A stretch of DNA of 25,723 bases, from NCBI GenBank assembly GCA_051532055.1, contig JAOPTX010000004.1, positions 69,205-94,927 of the forward strand. The letters are read 5' to 3'. Source of the DNA: Fibrobacterales bacterium (GTDB taxonomy: Bacteria > Fibrobacterota > Fibrobacteria > Fibrobacterales > JAOPTW01). Numbering within the stretch: the stretch's first letter is position 1; each line of letters starts with the position of its first letter. Of the stretch, positions 9,028-16,418 are shown one piece after another. Below the pieces are notes generated by a model. The model searched no databases, was not told where the DNA came from, and saw nothing but the letters and a program-made list of their open reading frames with translations. A program made the position numbers and the translations under genes.

Positions 9028-10386
9028 CTATTCTTTGTTGTTTATTCTCTTCCAATAAAAAGTGTCGAGGAGATAGGCAAGTACCTCTTTTTCATCTTCA
9101 TTTTGAAGCATCTCTTCAATAAGAGGGAGATAGCGGCCAATGCGTTTTTTCTGATTTTGGCGAATTGAACGTTTCTCTGATGCAAGAAAGTTTCTCACAC
9201 GTTCTCTCACACGACCTTCAAGCTCATCAAGTACTGCGATATCTTTCTGAATGAAATTAAGGCCAAACTGTTTTTCAGTTTTGAGTAATTCAAGTTCTTC
9301 GAGTTGGGTAACGAGTGAAATAGATTTACCAGTATTACCCGCACGCGCTGTTCTACCAGAACGGTGGATATATACTTCATTATTTTCAGGGTGATCATGA
9401 ATAATTACATGGCTTACATGAGAAATATCAATTCCACGTGCTGCAACATCTGTTGCAATGAGTACTTTGAGTTCTTGACTTCTAAACTGTTTTAATATTT
9501 TTTGACGATTATTCTGGGTTACATCACTACTGAGTGCGCCAATAGTAAATCCATAGCTATCGAGGTACTGTTCGAGGTAGTGTACATCTTTCTTTTGATT
9601 ACAAAAAACGATACACGACTCAGGGTTTTCGTACTCAAGAAGTTTGATAACAAAATTATCTTTATCGAGCTGTGGTACCACATAGTAGTCGTGTTCAAGA
9701 AAGTCAGTAGACATCTTTTCGTAGCTTAAGCAGAGGAAGTCAGCATTAGGGCTTTGAAATTCTTTAGCGAGGTATTTAACACCATTAGGTATTGTTGCAG
9801 AAAAGAGTGTGGTACAGCGCTGTTTTGGGAAGTATGACTTGAGCTTTCTCATGTCGGGATAAAAGCCCATAGAGAGCATTTCATCAGCTTCATCCATAAT
9901 TAGGTCACGAAGTGAAAGAAAGTCAAATACTTTTTTCTCTAATAAGTCAAGAAGACGGCCTGGAGTTGCAACAACAATGTGTGCCCCTTCCTTAAGTTGC
10001 TTTACTTGTTTGTCGTAAGGGACGCCACCATAAATACAGACAGATTTAACACCACGACCTTTACCAATTCTTTGGACTTCTAATTCAACCTGTACTGCAA
10101 GCTCCCTCGTAGGAACCATAATGAGGGCCTGTGGGAAATCATGGTCAGTAACAATGAGTTCAACGAGGGGAATGACAAATGCACCCGTTTTTCCAGAGCC
10201 AGTCTGAGACTGGATAAGCATATCTCGACCTGCAAGCATGTAGGGAATTGCTTTTTTCTGTACAGGAAAAAGGTCGTCCCATTTTTGTTCTATAAGTGAT
10301 TGTTGCGTAGGCTCACTGAGCATGGCAATTGTATGGTCAGGAAGTGAATTTTCAGGCTCTATAATTGAAACTGGTTCTGCTATCAT
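9028..10386 (-). CDS. DEAD-box ATP-dependent RNA helicase
   Basis: Q motif, QTGSGKT, PTRELA, TPGRL, DEAD, SAT, ARGID and HRSGRTAR. ATG at 10386 is preferred over the track TTG at 10434. The stop is 1 nt from the map start, implying an operon. Confidence 0.95.
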   Translation of the reverse strand: MIAEPVSIIEPENSLPDHTIAMLSEPTQQSLIEQKWDDLFPVQKKAIPYMLAGRDMLIQSQTGSGKTGAFVIPLVELIVTDHDFPQALIMVPTRELAVQVELEVQRIGKGRGVKSVCIYGGVPYDKQVKQLKEGAHIVVATPGRLLDLLEKKVFDFLSLRDLIMDEADEMLSMGFYPDMRKLKSYFPKQRCTTLFSATIPNGVKYLAKEFQSPNADFLCLSYEKMSTDFLEHDYYVVPQLDKDNFVIKLLEYENPESCIVFCNQKKDVHYLEQYLDSYGFTIGALSSDVTQNNRQKILKQFRSQELKVLIATDVAARGIDISHVSHVIIHDHPENNEVYIHRSGRTARAGNTGKSISLVTQLEELELLKTEKQFGLNFIQKDIAVLDELEGRVRERVRNFLASEKRSIRQNQKKRIGRYLPLIEEMLQNEDEKEVLAYLLDTFYWKRINNKE

Positions 10387-10532
10387 GAGGGCTATTACGC
10401 TCTGTTTGAAGTCTATTAGGGCTAAAATTAGCAAAATTAAGCCCTAAACAGTGGATAATTATTAATAACTCGGTAATAGGGCTACAGGGCGGATTGTTGA
10501 TGGAAATAGGGGTGGGATGTGCATTTTAAGAC

Positions 10533-10564
10533 AAAAAAAGGGTGCTCAACTATGTGAGCACCCT
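10533..10564 (-). terminator. Intrinsic terminator of the outer-membrane protein gene
   Basis: Stem AGGGTGCTCA (10539-10548) / TGAGCACCCT (10555-10564), followed on the minus strand by a T-run (A-run 10533-10539), just downstream of the stop at 10587. Confidence 0.85.
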
Positions 10565-10586
10565 AAAAAATTGAGTATTTATGGTG

Positions 10587-11309
10587 TTATAGAGAGAGGC
10601 CGCCACCTATTTCAATCGTGACACCACTTGTTGCTCCATCATCAAGTCCACCACCTACATGGTATTTGGCATTGATATATGCAGCAAGTGGTATTACAGG
10701 AAGTTGTGTACGTGCGCCAAGAATGATATGGCCACCAACTCCTGAGTTGAAGCCTTCATCTTTGAATGCTGTAGCTGCCTCAGTAACAATGTCTTGCTCG
10801 GTTTTTCCGGTTGGAATTGATGCGCCATCGTTGCTAAATCCCGATGCGTTGTATAGGAAATCTTTGTTGATCAACTTAGGAGAAAAGGTGTGCGTATAAC
10901 CACCGCCTACATAAAACTTTACTAATGCAGGGATAGAAAAGAATGGGTAGGTTATTGTTAAGTCCGCTCTTACGAGCGCAAACATTGGTTTTGCAGCATC
11001 AATTACCGGAAGTCCTGTTTCAGCTTCAATACCCATACCATTGTATTCAACATCGTACTCGGTGAATTGCACGTTACCCGTTGCTTCAACATCAACGATA
11101 GGAAGAATGTCAATCCACAGCTTGGTTCCAAACCCCTGCATTTTTGTTGCTTCAGTCCGGGTCAGAGGGAGGCCTCCGATTGATTCATCGGCAGATTCAA
11201 CACCACCCATAAGGTTGGGTGCGTAGTGAAAACCAAGTCCACCGAGAAGTGCATGTGCAGAGCTTGCTGCCATCAGTAATATGAGAGAGGGTATAATAAT
11301 TTTTTTCAT
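10587..11309 (-). CDS. Exported protein, probable small outer-membrane beta-barrel
   Basis: Likely start ATG 11309 (MKKIIIPSLILLMAASSAHA, SPase I site); the track extends to TTG 11396. Alternating amphipathic strands (FYVGGGYTH, GGHIILGAR, AAYINAKYH, TIEIGGGLSL). Confidence 0.7.
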   Translation of the reverse strand: MKKIIIPSLILLMAASSAHALLGGLGFHYAPNLMGGVESADESIGGLPLTRTEATKMQGFGTKLWIDILPIVDVEATGNVQFTEYDVEYNGMGIEAETGLPVIDAAKPMFALVRADLTITYPFFSIPALVKFYVGGGYTHTFSPKLINKDFLYNASGFSNDGASIPTGKTEQDIVTEAATAFKDEGFNSGVGGHIILGARTQLPVIPLAAYINAKYHVGGGLDDGATSGVTIEIGGGLSL

Positions 11310-11384
11310 AATAAATGCTATCCGATTTGTTGTTTCTATAAAGAATAGTTTATAATGCCCACTCTGTGGTGGTAAAAAATTGTA

Positions 11385-11403
11385 ATGGAAGGTCAAATTC
11401 CAT
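11385..11403. promoter_or_regulatory. Dyad ATGGAA-N7-TTCCAT, candidate binding site of the sigma54 activator
   Basis: Perfect 6-bp arms with a 7-nt spacer. Same GGRA-N7-TYCC geometry as the two sites at 15320-15354. Confidence 0.4.
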
Positions 11404-11552
11404 CGTTGTAGCTCTCTATTAGAGAGCGCTAAATGATCTTTGGGTTAACAGTAATGAGCCATTTAAGTATAGTTTATTAGATAATTAAGAACCTGTCTAC
11501 ATTTTGAATCAGAAAATTAGGGTAACTCATGTATAGCGTGTTGAGTAAAATT

Positions 11553-12236
11553 ATGGTGAAACGGCTTGTGCCACTCCTGTTGATGCAATTATTAGTATTT
11601 GGATGTGGTTCCATTGAATCGGATGCACGCCGATCCTTGCAGATGGAAGATTATCAGCGTGCTGAAAGGTTGTATACAAGAGCCCTGGATGGTGACCCTC
11701 TCAATGGAGCCTTGCGGCTGGAATACATTGAAGCACTTATTGGTGTTATAGACTTTTATGACACTTTGACTGTTAAACATGCCTATTTTCTAGATCGTTT
11801 AGTAGGAGAGTCGACAATAGCAACTCATGTGGCTCTTCCTCTTCAAAAACGGGACTCAATTGTTGGTGTCTTATACGCAAAGGGGTATTCGTATTATTCT
11901 CAGAATAGTTATGGTGATGCGGAACGTTATTTTAGTGCAGCATATGCATTGAAGGGTACTGATGTAGAGGTGAATAATGTTCTGGCACTGACTTGCTCGA
12001 AATTACGCCAAGATGAGCGAACTATTGCCCTCTTTACTGATTTGTTAAATCACTATCCTCGGTTTGTATCAGCTTATATTAATCTAGGGAATCACTACTG
12101 GGCAAAGGGTGATGTTGAAGAGGCTTATATCACCTGGTCCTTAGGAATAGAAGTTGCGCCAAATGACTTTTATCTTAAAAAGTGGGTACAAATCGCTCAC
12201 GATGAGCTCATATTGTTAACGTTAGGAGAAGAGTAG
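11553..12236 (+). CDS. Tetratricopeptide-repeat lipoprotein
   Basis: MVKRLVPLLLMQLLVFG-C lipobox (start 11553 preferred; track 11529). TPR patterns YQRAERLYTRAL..DP.N and SAYINLGNHYW.KGDVEEA...W..GIEVAP. Confidence 0.82.
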   Translation: MVKRLVPLLLMQLLVFGCGSIESDARRSLQMEDYQRAERLYTRALDGDPLNGALRLEYIEALIGVIDFYDTLTVKHAYFLDRLVGESTIATHVALPLQKRDSIVGVLYAKGYSYYSQNSYGDAERYFSAAYALKGTDVEVNNVLALTCSKLRQDERTIALFTDLLNHYPRFVSAYINLGNHYWAKGDVEEAYITWSLGIEVAPNDFYLKKWVQIAHDELILLTLGEE

Positions 12237-12238
12237 AC

Positions 12239-13540
12239 GTGCCTTTTTATCGTTCTGATTTCACCAAGTGGGTACCAGTCTATACTGGTTCAGAGTCTGT
12301 TGTATATGAAGCACAGCAAGATTCTCTTAATAGAACTGTGGTACTTAAAGAGAATAGTCATGGTGATCATAAGCGCTTTACATTGGAGGCCGAGGTTCTT
12401 GCCCCGTTGAATCACCCTAATATTCAGCGAGTGTTTGATTTTGGTGAAGATAACAAATCGTATTTTATTGTTGTTGAAAAGGTCGCAGGGGTTTCTCTCG
12501 CTCAAATGGGTAAACTTTCTGAATCTACTGCGCTTGATGTTTTTATACAAATTGTTGAAGGGGTGCAGTATCTACACTCTCAGGGATATTTACACTGTGA
12601 CTTGAAACCAGGGAATATAATGATTTCGAATTCCTTGAAGCCTATCATAATTGATTTTGGAATGGTTGAAAAGGTTGGGGCCACCGTGTCGGGAATTAAA
12701 GGGAGCCCTCGATATCTATCTCCGGAACAAATTAGTGAAAAACCACTGACGGTACAGAGTGATATTTATTCTTTGGGGGCGCTCCTCTATTATATGCTCA
12801 CCGGCAGTCATCTTTATTCGCACGATTCATTTGAGCAGATTATTGATGCAATGGTTCATGATCGCCGAGATACCAGTGATGTCGCTCAGTGGTGGTATAC
12901 CATTATTGAAAAAAGTTTAGCATCAAAAACAGATCTTCGTTTTGAGGATACAGAAGAGTTACTTGAGAACCTTGAAATATTGAAAGCTCAGTTCCAAGGG
13001 GGATTAGATTTTGCAGTTGTCGCTACTGATGGGGCGAATATCAAAGAGTCTATACAATCGATGTACCAAACGGCGCGGGTTGATTGTTATCAAAAACAGA
13101 TTATAGAATTACAGAAATTGAGAAATTATAGTGAGGCCCATCAACTTGTAAAAACATTGGTTCAGGAGGATCCTCATAATAGTATATTAGTTACACAATT
13201 AATTGAGATGAGTCAGAAGGTTAATGAGCAGAGGGAAGTTGCAAAAGGCGATGATCGCGATACAAGTAATTCAATTATTGGTAGATTGATCGCCGTTTCA
13301 ATTCTTCTTGTTGCAATAGGAATTGGTGTGTTAAAGTATCTTAATGATGAACTTCTTGTTCAACCAGGTAAGAAAAGCGGACTGATTGACCAGTCTCATT
13401 TTGAGAAACGTTTTAAGGACAAAAAAAGTACTATGCCCACACCAAGCCACCCACTCAGTACTGATACTCTTAATAGAGAGAAACGAATGTTACGCGATAG
13501 TATATCGAATATACCTAAAAAATCAGAAGGGATTCAATGA
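12239..13540 (+). CDS. Membrane-anchored Hanks-type Ser/Thr protein kinase
   Basis: GTG start 2 nt after the TPR stop, with SD AGGAG. Motifs VVLK, HPNI, HCDLKPGN, DFG, GSPRYLSPE and SDIYSLG. Single TM helix LIAVSILLVAIGIGVL, then a short C-terminal tail. Confidence 0.93.
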   Translation: MPFYRSDFTKWVPVYTGSESVVYEAQQDSLNRTVVLKENSHGDHKRFTLEAEVLAPLNHPNIQRVFDFGEDNKSYFIVVEKVAGVSLAQMGKLSESTALDVFIQIVEGVQYLHSQGYLHCDLKPGNIMISNSLKPIIIDFGMVEKVGATVSGIKGSPRYLSPEQISEKPLTVQSDIYSLGALLYYMLTGSHLYSHDSFEQIIDAMVHDRRDTSDVAQWWYTIIEKSLASKTDLRFEDTEELLENLEILKAQFQGGLDFAVVATDGANIKESIQSMYQTARVDCYQKQIIELQKLRNYSEAHQLVKTLVQEDPHNSILVTQLIEMSQKVNEQREVAKGDDRDTSNSIIGRLIAVSILLVAIGIGVLKYLNDELLVQPGKKSGLIDQSHFEKRFKDKKSTMPTPSHPLSTDTLNREKRMLRDSISNIPKKSEGIQ

Positions 13541-15306
13541 CTGGCTATACTCTGACAGAGAAGGGTGGCGATCGTTTTTTTGTTGTTAAAAACCCAATAT
13601 TTACCCTCGGCTCCGATACTACTGCTGATGAGGCAGATTCACGATTAATGGACCCGCTTGCATTGCAATTTCAGATGGGAAAAAGTACTATCACAATTGT
13701 TAAATTAGGGTCTCAAGAGCTCTGTATTAATGAGGTCGCCTTGGATGCCGCGAGACTGAAAGAGGGAGATGTGATTTCTTATGGAGAAGCAGTCTATCAG
13801 TTTTCATTGGCATCTCCTACAATTATAGCTCCAGAGAAGAAATCACTTCGAAGTACGAGTTCAATTGATATGGTCAATACTGTCGCATCACTTGTTGATG
13901 GGGTATTGCAGCAAAATAATGTGGCACATACTATGCCAAAACTTCTTTCTCTTGCATGTGATTTTATTAGCGCTGATCACGGAACATTGTTTATAGATGG
14001 TGAAGGCGATACAAATCAATTTAACTATCCAGAGGATAGCACACATTCTATTAGTTCGTCGGCGATACAAAAAGCACAAGAATCGGGGAAATCAATAGTA
14101 TGGAGCTTGGATTCTACTATGGATGAAAGTGACCTCTCGCAGTCGATTGTCACTCATGGGCTCACCAGTATTTTAGTAAGTCCTTTTGTTGTTCAAGATA
14201 AGCTCAATGGCTATCTCTATGTTCAGCGTGAGGCTCGTAAGGAATCTTTTACTGATAATGACGTAACACTTTTCGATACTTTTACTCGAATGGTGGTGAC
14301 CTTATTGACTGAGCTTTTTGTTAAAAATGAACAACAAGAGACCATAGAACAGCTTAAGGGAATTGAGCGTAAAGGTGATATCATTTTCGCTTCCGATGTA
14401 ATGAAACGAGTTGTGTCCATGGCGGAGAAAGTTGCAAGTAAACCGGTGCCGGTCCTCATAAATGGAGAGACTGGAACGGGTAAAGAAGTGCTCGCTCGTT
14501 TTATTCATGAAAATTCTCAGATGAAAGACCAAAAGTTTATTGCGGTCAATTGTGGCGCAATTCCACCAAATCTTATTGAATCAGAATTGTTTGGCCATGT
14601 CAAAGGTTCGTTTACAGGAGCAATTGAAGATAAAAAGGGCATATTTGAGGAATGTAATGGAGGTACGCTCTTTTTAGATGAGATTGGTGAACTTGATCTC
14701 AATGTTCAGGTTACGCTTCTTCGAGTATTACAAGAGAAAAAGGTGAGCCCTGTTGGGTCATCAAAAGAGGTTCCTGTCTCATTTCGACTCCTTTCTGCAA
14801 CCCATGTCGATCTAGAAAATGCCATATCTGAAAAACGATTTAGAGAAGATCTCTATTTTAGAATTAATGTTATGCAGCTTACACTTCCGCCTTTGAGAGA
14901 TAGGGGTCAAGATATTTTGCTCATTGCCCAGCATCTTATAGAAAAGTATCAGATAGAGTATGCTATGGAGGGGGTGCGGTTTAGCAAAAATGGTGAAAAG
15001 TCACTCCTGAAGCATCGTTGGGCTGGAAATGTTCGTGAATTGCAAAATAGAGTACAAAAAGCTCTTATTCAATGTGATGGTAGCACTATTCAAGAAGAAG
15101 ATCTTGGATTAACCATTGCTGAGCGTCATGAAAGAATGACTCTTAAAGAGGCGCGTGAGAGTGCTGAACGTCAGGTTGTTGAGTCGGCTCTTAAGGAGGC
15201 AAAAGGAAATTTAACCTTGGCAGGGACAATTTTAGGGGTCGATCGTAAAGTTCTCAGAGATGTCATGGGGCGTTTGGAGCTTGAAAAATCTCAATTTAAA
15301 GATTAA
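13537..15306 (+). CDS. Sigma54-dependent enhancer-binding protein (degenerate FHA-like - GAF - AAA+ - Fis HTH)
   Basis: ATGA overlap with the kinase. N-terminal FHA-like [13 protein letters not shown] region (S.SI...GLTSIL..P......GYLY....FTD.D). Walker [71 protein letters not shown]. Confidence 0.95.
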   Translation: MTGYTLTEKGGDRFFVVKNPIFTLGSDTTADEADSRLMDPLALQFQMGKSTITIVKLGSQELCINEVALDAARLKEGDVISYGEAVYQFSLASPTIIAPEKKSLRSTSSIDMVNTVASLVDGVLQQNNVAHTMPKLLSLACDFISADHGTLFIDGEGDTNQFNYPEDSTHSISSSAIQKAQESGKSIVWSLDSTMDESDLSQSIVTHGLTSILVSPFVVQDKLNGYLYVQREARKESFTDNDVTLFDTFTRMVVTLLTELFVKNEQQETIEQLKGIERKGDIIFASDVMKRVVSMAEKVASKPVPVLINGETGTGKEVLARFIHENSQMKDQKFIAVNCGAIPPNLIESELFGHVKGSFTGAIEDKKGIFEECNGGTLFLDEIGELDLNVQVTLLRVLQEKKVSPVGSSKEVPVSFRLLSATHVDLENAISEKRFREDLYFRINVMQLTLPPLRDRGQDILLIAQHLIEKYQIEYAMEGVRFSKNGEKSLLKHRWAGNVRELQNRVQKALIQCDGSTIQEEDLGLTIAERHERMTLKEARESAERQVVESALKEAKGNLTLAGTILGVDRKVLRDVMGRLELEKSQFKD

Positions 15307-15319
15307 TAGCGTTGTTTTT

Positions 15320-15354
15320 CGGAACTTTTACTCCCGCTGGGAGGATCTGTTCCG
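15320..15354 (+). promoter_or_regulatory. Candidate upstream activator sequence (two tandem GGRA-N7-TYCC dyads); may also act as a terminator hairpin
   Basis: CGGAA-CTTTTAC-TCCCG (15320-15336) and TGGGA-GGATCTG-TTCCG (15338-15354), about 75-110 bp upstream of the predicted sigma54 start. Followed by TTTTT. Confidence 0.55.
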
Positions 15355-15404
15355 TTTTTAAGTATAAGAACCCTTTAAATTAGCCAAAATTCATCGATTA
15401 TTTT

Positions 15405-15420
15405 TGGCATCTAATTTGCA
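15405..15420 (+). promoter_or_regulatory. Sigma54 (RpoN) -24/-12 promoter
   Basis: TGGCATCTAATTTGCA: GG (15406-7) and GC (15418-19) are exactly 10 nt apart, matching TGGCAC-N5-TTGCW. Lies directly downstream of the activator gene and 45 nt before the ATG at 15465. Confidence 0.85.
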
Positions 15421-15464
15421 ATACAGAGTATTAAGAAACGAAATGACTAAATATGAGGCATATC

Positions 15465-16349
15465 ATGAAAAAGCAATTTTTACTCACAATAACTGCATTA
15501 GCACTTCTCGGAACGCCACTTTTTGCACAAGATGAAGTGACAGATGAAGTCTCTTCACCTGCAACTGAAGAGAGAACAGAAAAAACAGACCAGCTTAAAG
15601 AGCGTGGTGAAAAAATTCGTGAGCAACTTCGTGAAAAACTTGAAAGCATGACTGAAGAAGATAAAGAAGCACTGAAAGCGAAACTTGAAGAGCGTCGTGC
15701 AATGCGTCAAGAGCAAAAAGCTGAAAGAAAAGAGCTTCATGCCGAGAATAAAGAAGAGCGTAAAGCACTTAAAGGTGAAATTAAAGCCAAATTGGAAGAG
15801 CTCCGTGAATCAGGTGCAGAAAAAGCTGAAATTAAAGAGGCGCTAAAAGAGTTCAAAGAAGAGCGTAAAGATCTCATTAAAGAGAATCACAAAGAGCGTA
15901 AAGATCTTTATAAAGAGAATAAACAAGAAAGAAAAGAGTTCCGTAAAGGTGCTACTGAAGAGAAAAAAGAGGAAATCAAAACAAAGCTTGAAGGTCTTAA
16001 AGAGAAGCGTGAGATGACTGATGAGCAGAAAGAAGAGCTTAAATCAAAAATTGAAGGTCTCAAAGAGAAACGTGAGATGACTGATGAGCAGAAAGAAGAG
16101 CTTAAATCAAAAATTGAAGGCCTCAAAGAGAAACGTGAGATGACCGATGAGCAGAAAGAAGAGCTCAAAGCAAAATATGAAGACCTCAAAGAGAAACGCG
16201 AGATGACCGATGAGCAAAAAGAAGAGCTCAAAGCAAAATATGAAGGCCTCAAAGAGAAACGTGAGATGACTGACGAGCAAAAAGAGGAGCTTAAAGCTAA
16301 GTATCAAGAGCGCAAACAAAAAAGAGAGCGCCCTGTTACTGAAGAATAA
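15465..16349 (+). CDS. Exported, highly charged helical repeat protein (MTDEQ/LTxxQ-like repeats)
   Basis: SD GAGG 6 nt before ATG 15465 (track start 15453). Signal peptide MKKQFLLTITALALLGTPLFA. Mature part is dominated by E/K/R, with 11-aa and 21-aa repeats. Confidence 0.85.
   Translation: MKKQFLLTITALALLGTPLFAQDEVTDEVSSPATEERTEKTDQLKERGEKIREQLREKLESMTEEDKEALKAKLEERRAMRQEQKAERKELHAENKEERKALKGEIKAKLEELRESGAEKAEIKEALKEFKEERKDLIKENHKERKDLYKENKQERKEFRKGATEEKKEEIKTKLEGLKEKREMTDEQKEELKSKIEGLKEKREMTDEQKEELKSKIEGLKEKREMTDEQKEELKAKYEDLKEKREMTDEQKEELKAKYEGLKEKREMTDEQKEELKAKYQERKQKRERPVTEE
15990..16304 (+). repeat. Five tandem 63-bp (21-aa) coding repeats EGLKEKREMTDEQKEELK(S/A)K(I/Y)
   Basis: Units begin at 15990, 16053, 16116, 16179 and 16242. 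They are near-identical with mostly synonymous differences. Confidence 0.95.
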
Positions 16350-16371
16350 GTAAGAATCCCTAGGAAAAAAC

Positions 16372-16407
16372 AAAACTCTGTAGCGCATTGCGTTGCAGGG
16401 TTTTTCT
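16372..16407 (+). terminator. Intrinsic terminator/attenuator after the repeat-protein gene
   Basis: AAAACTCTGTAGCGC-ATT-GCGTTGCAGGGTTTT pairs fully on the + strand using three G-U pairs and ends in a U tract. Confidence 0.75.
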
Positions 16408-16418
16408 ATAATTGTACA

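Noticed and set aside
11411..11427. Dyad GCTCTCT-ATT-AGAGAGC in the divergent promoter gap
   Set aside because: Single, low-complexity occurrence with no assignable function.
11553..15306. Kinase operon as an anti-phage defence system
   Set aside because: No nuclease, toxin or other defence effector. The lipoprotein, TM kinase and sigma54 promoter point to envelope signalling.
15990..16304. Regular 63-bp repeats as a possible CRISPR array
   Set aside because: No unique spacers, in-frame coding repeats with synonymous variation, and no cas genes.
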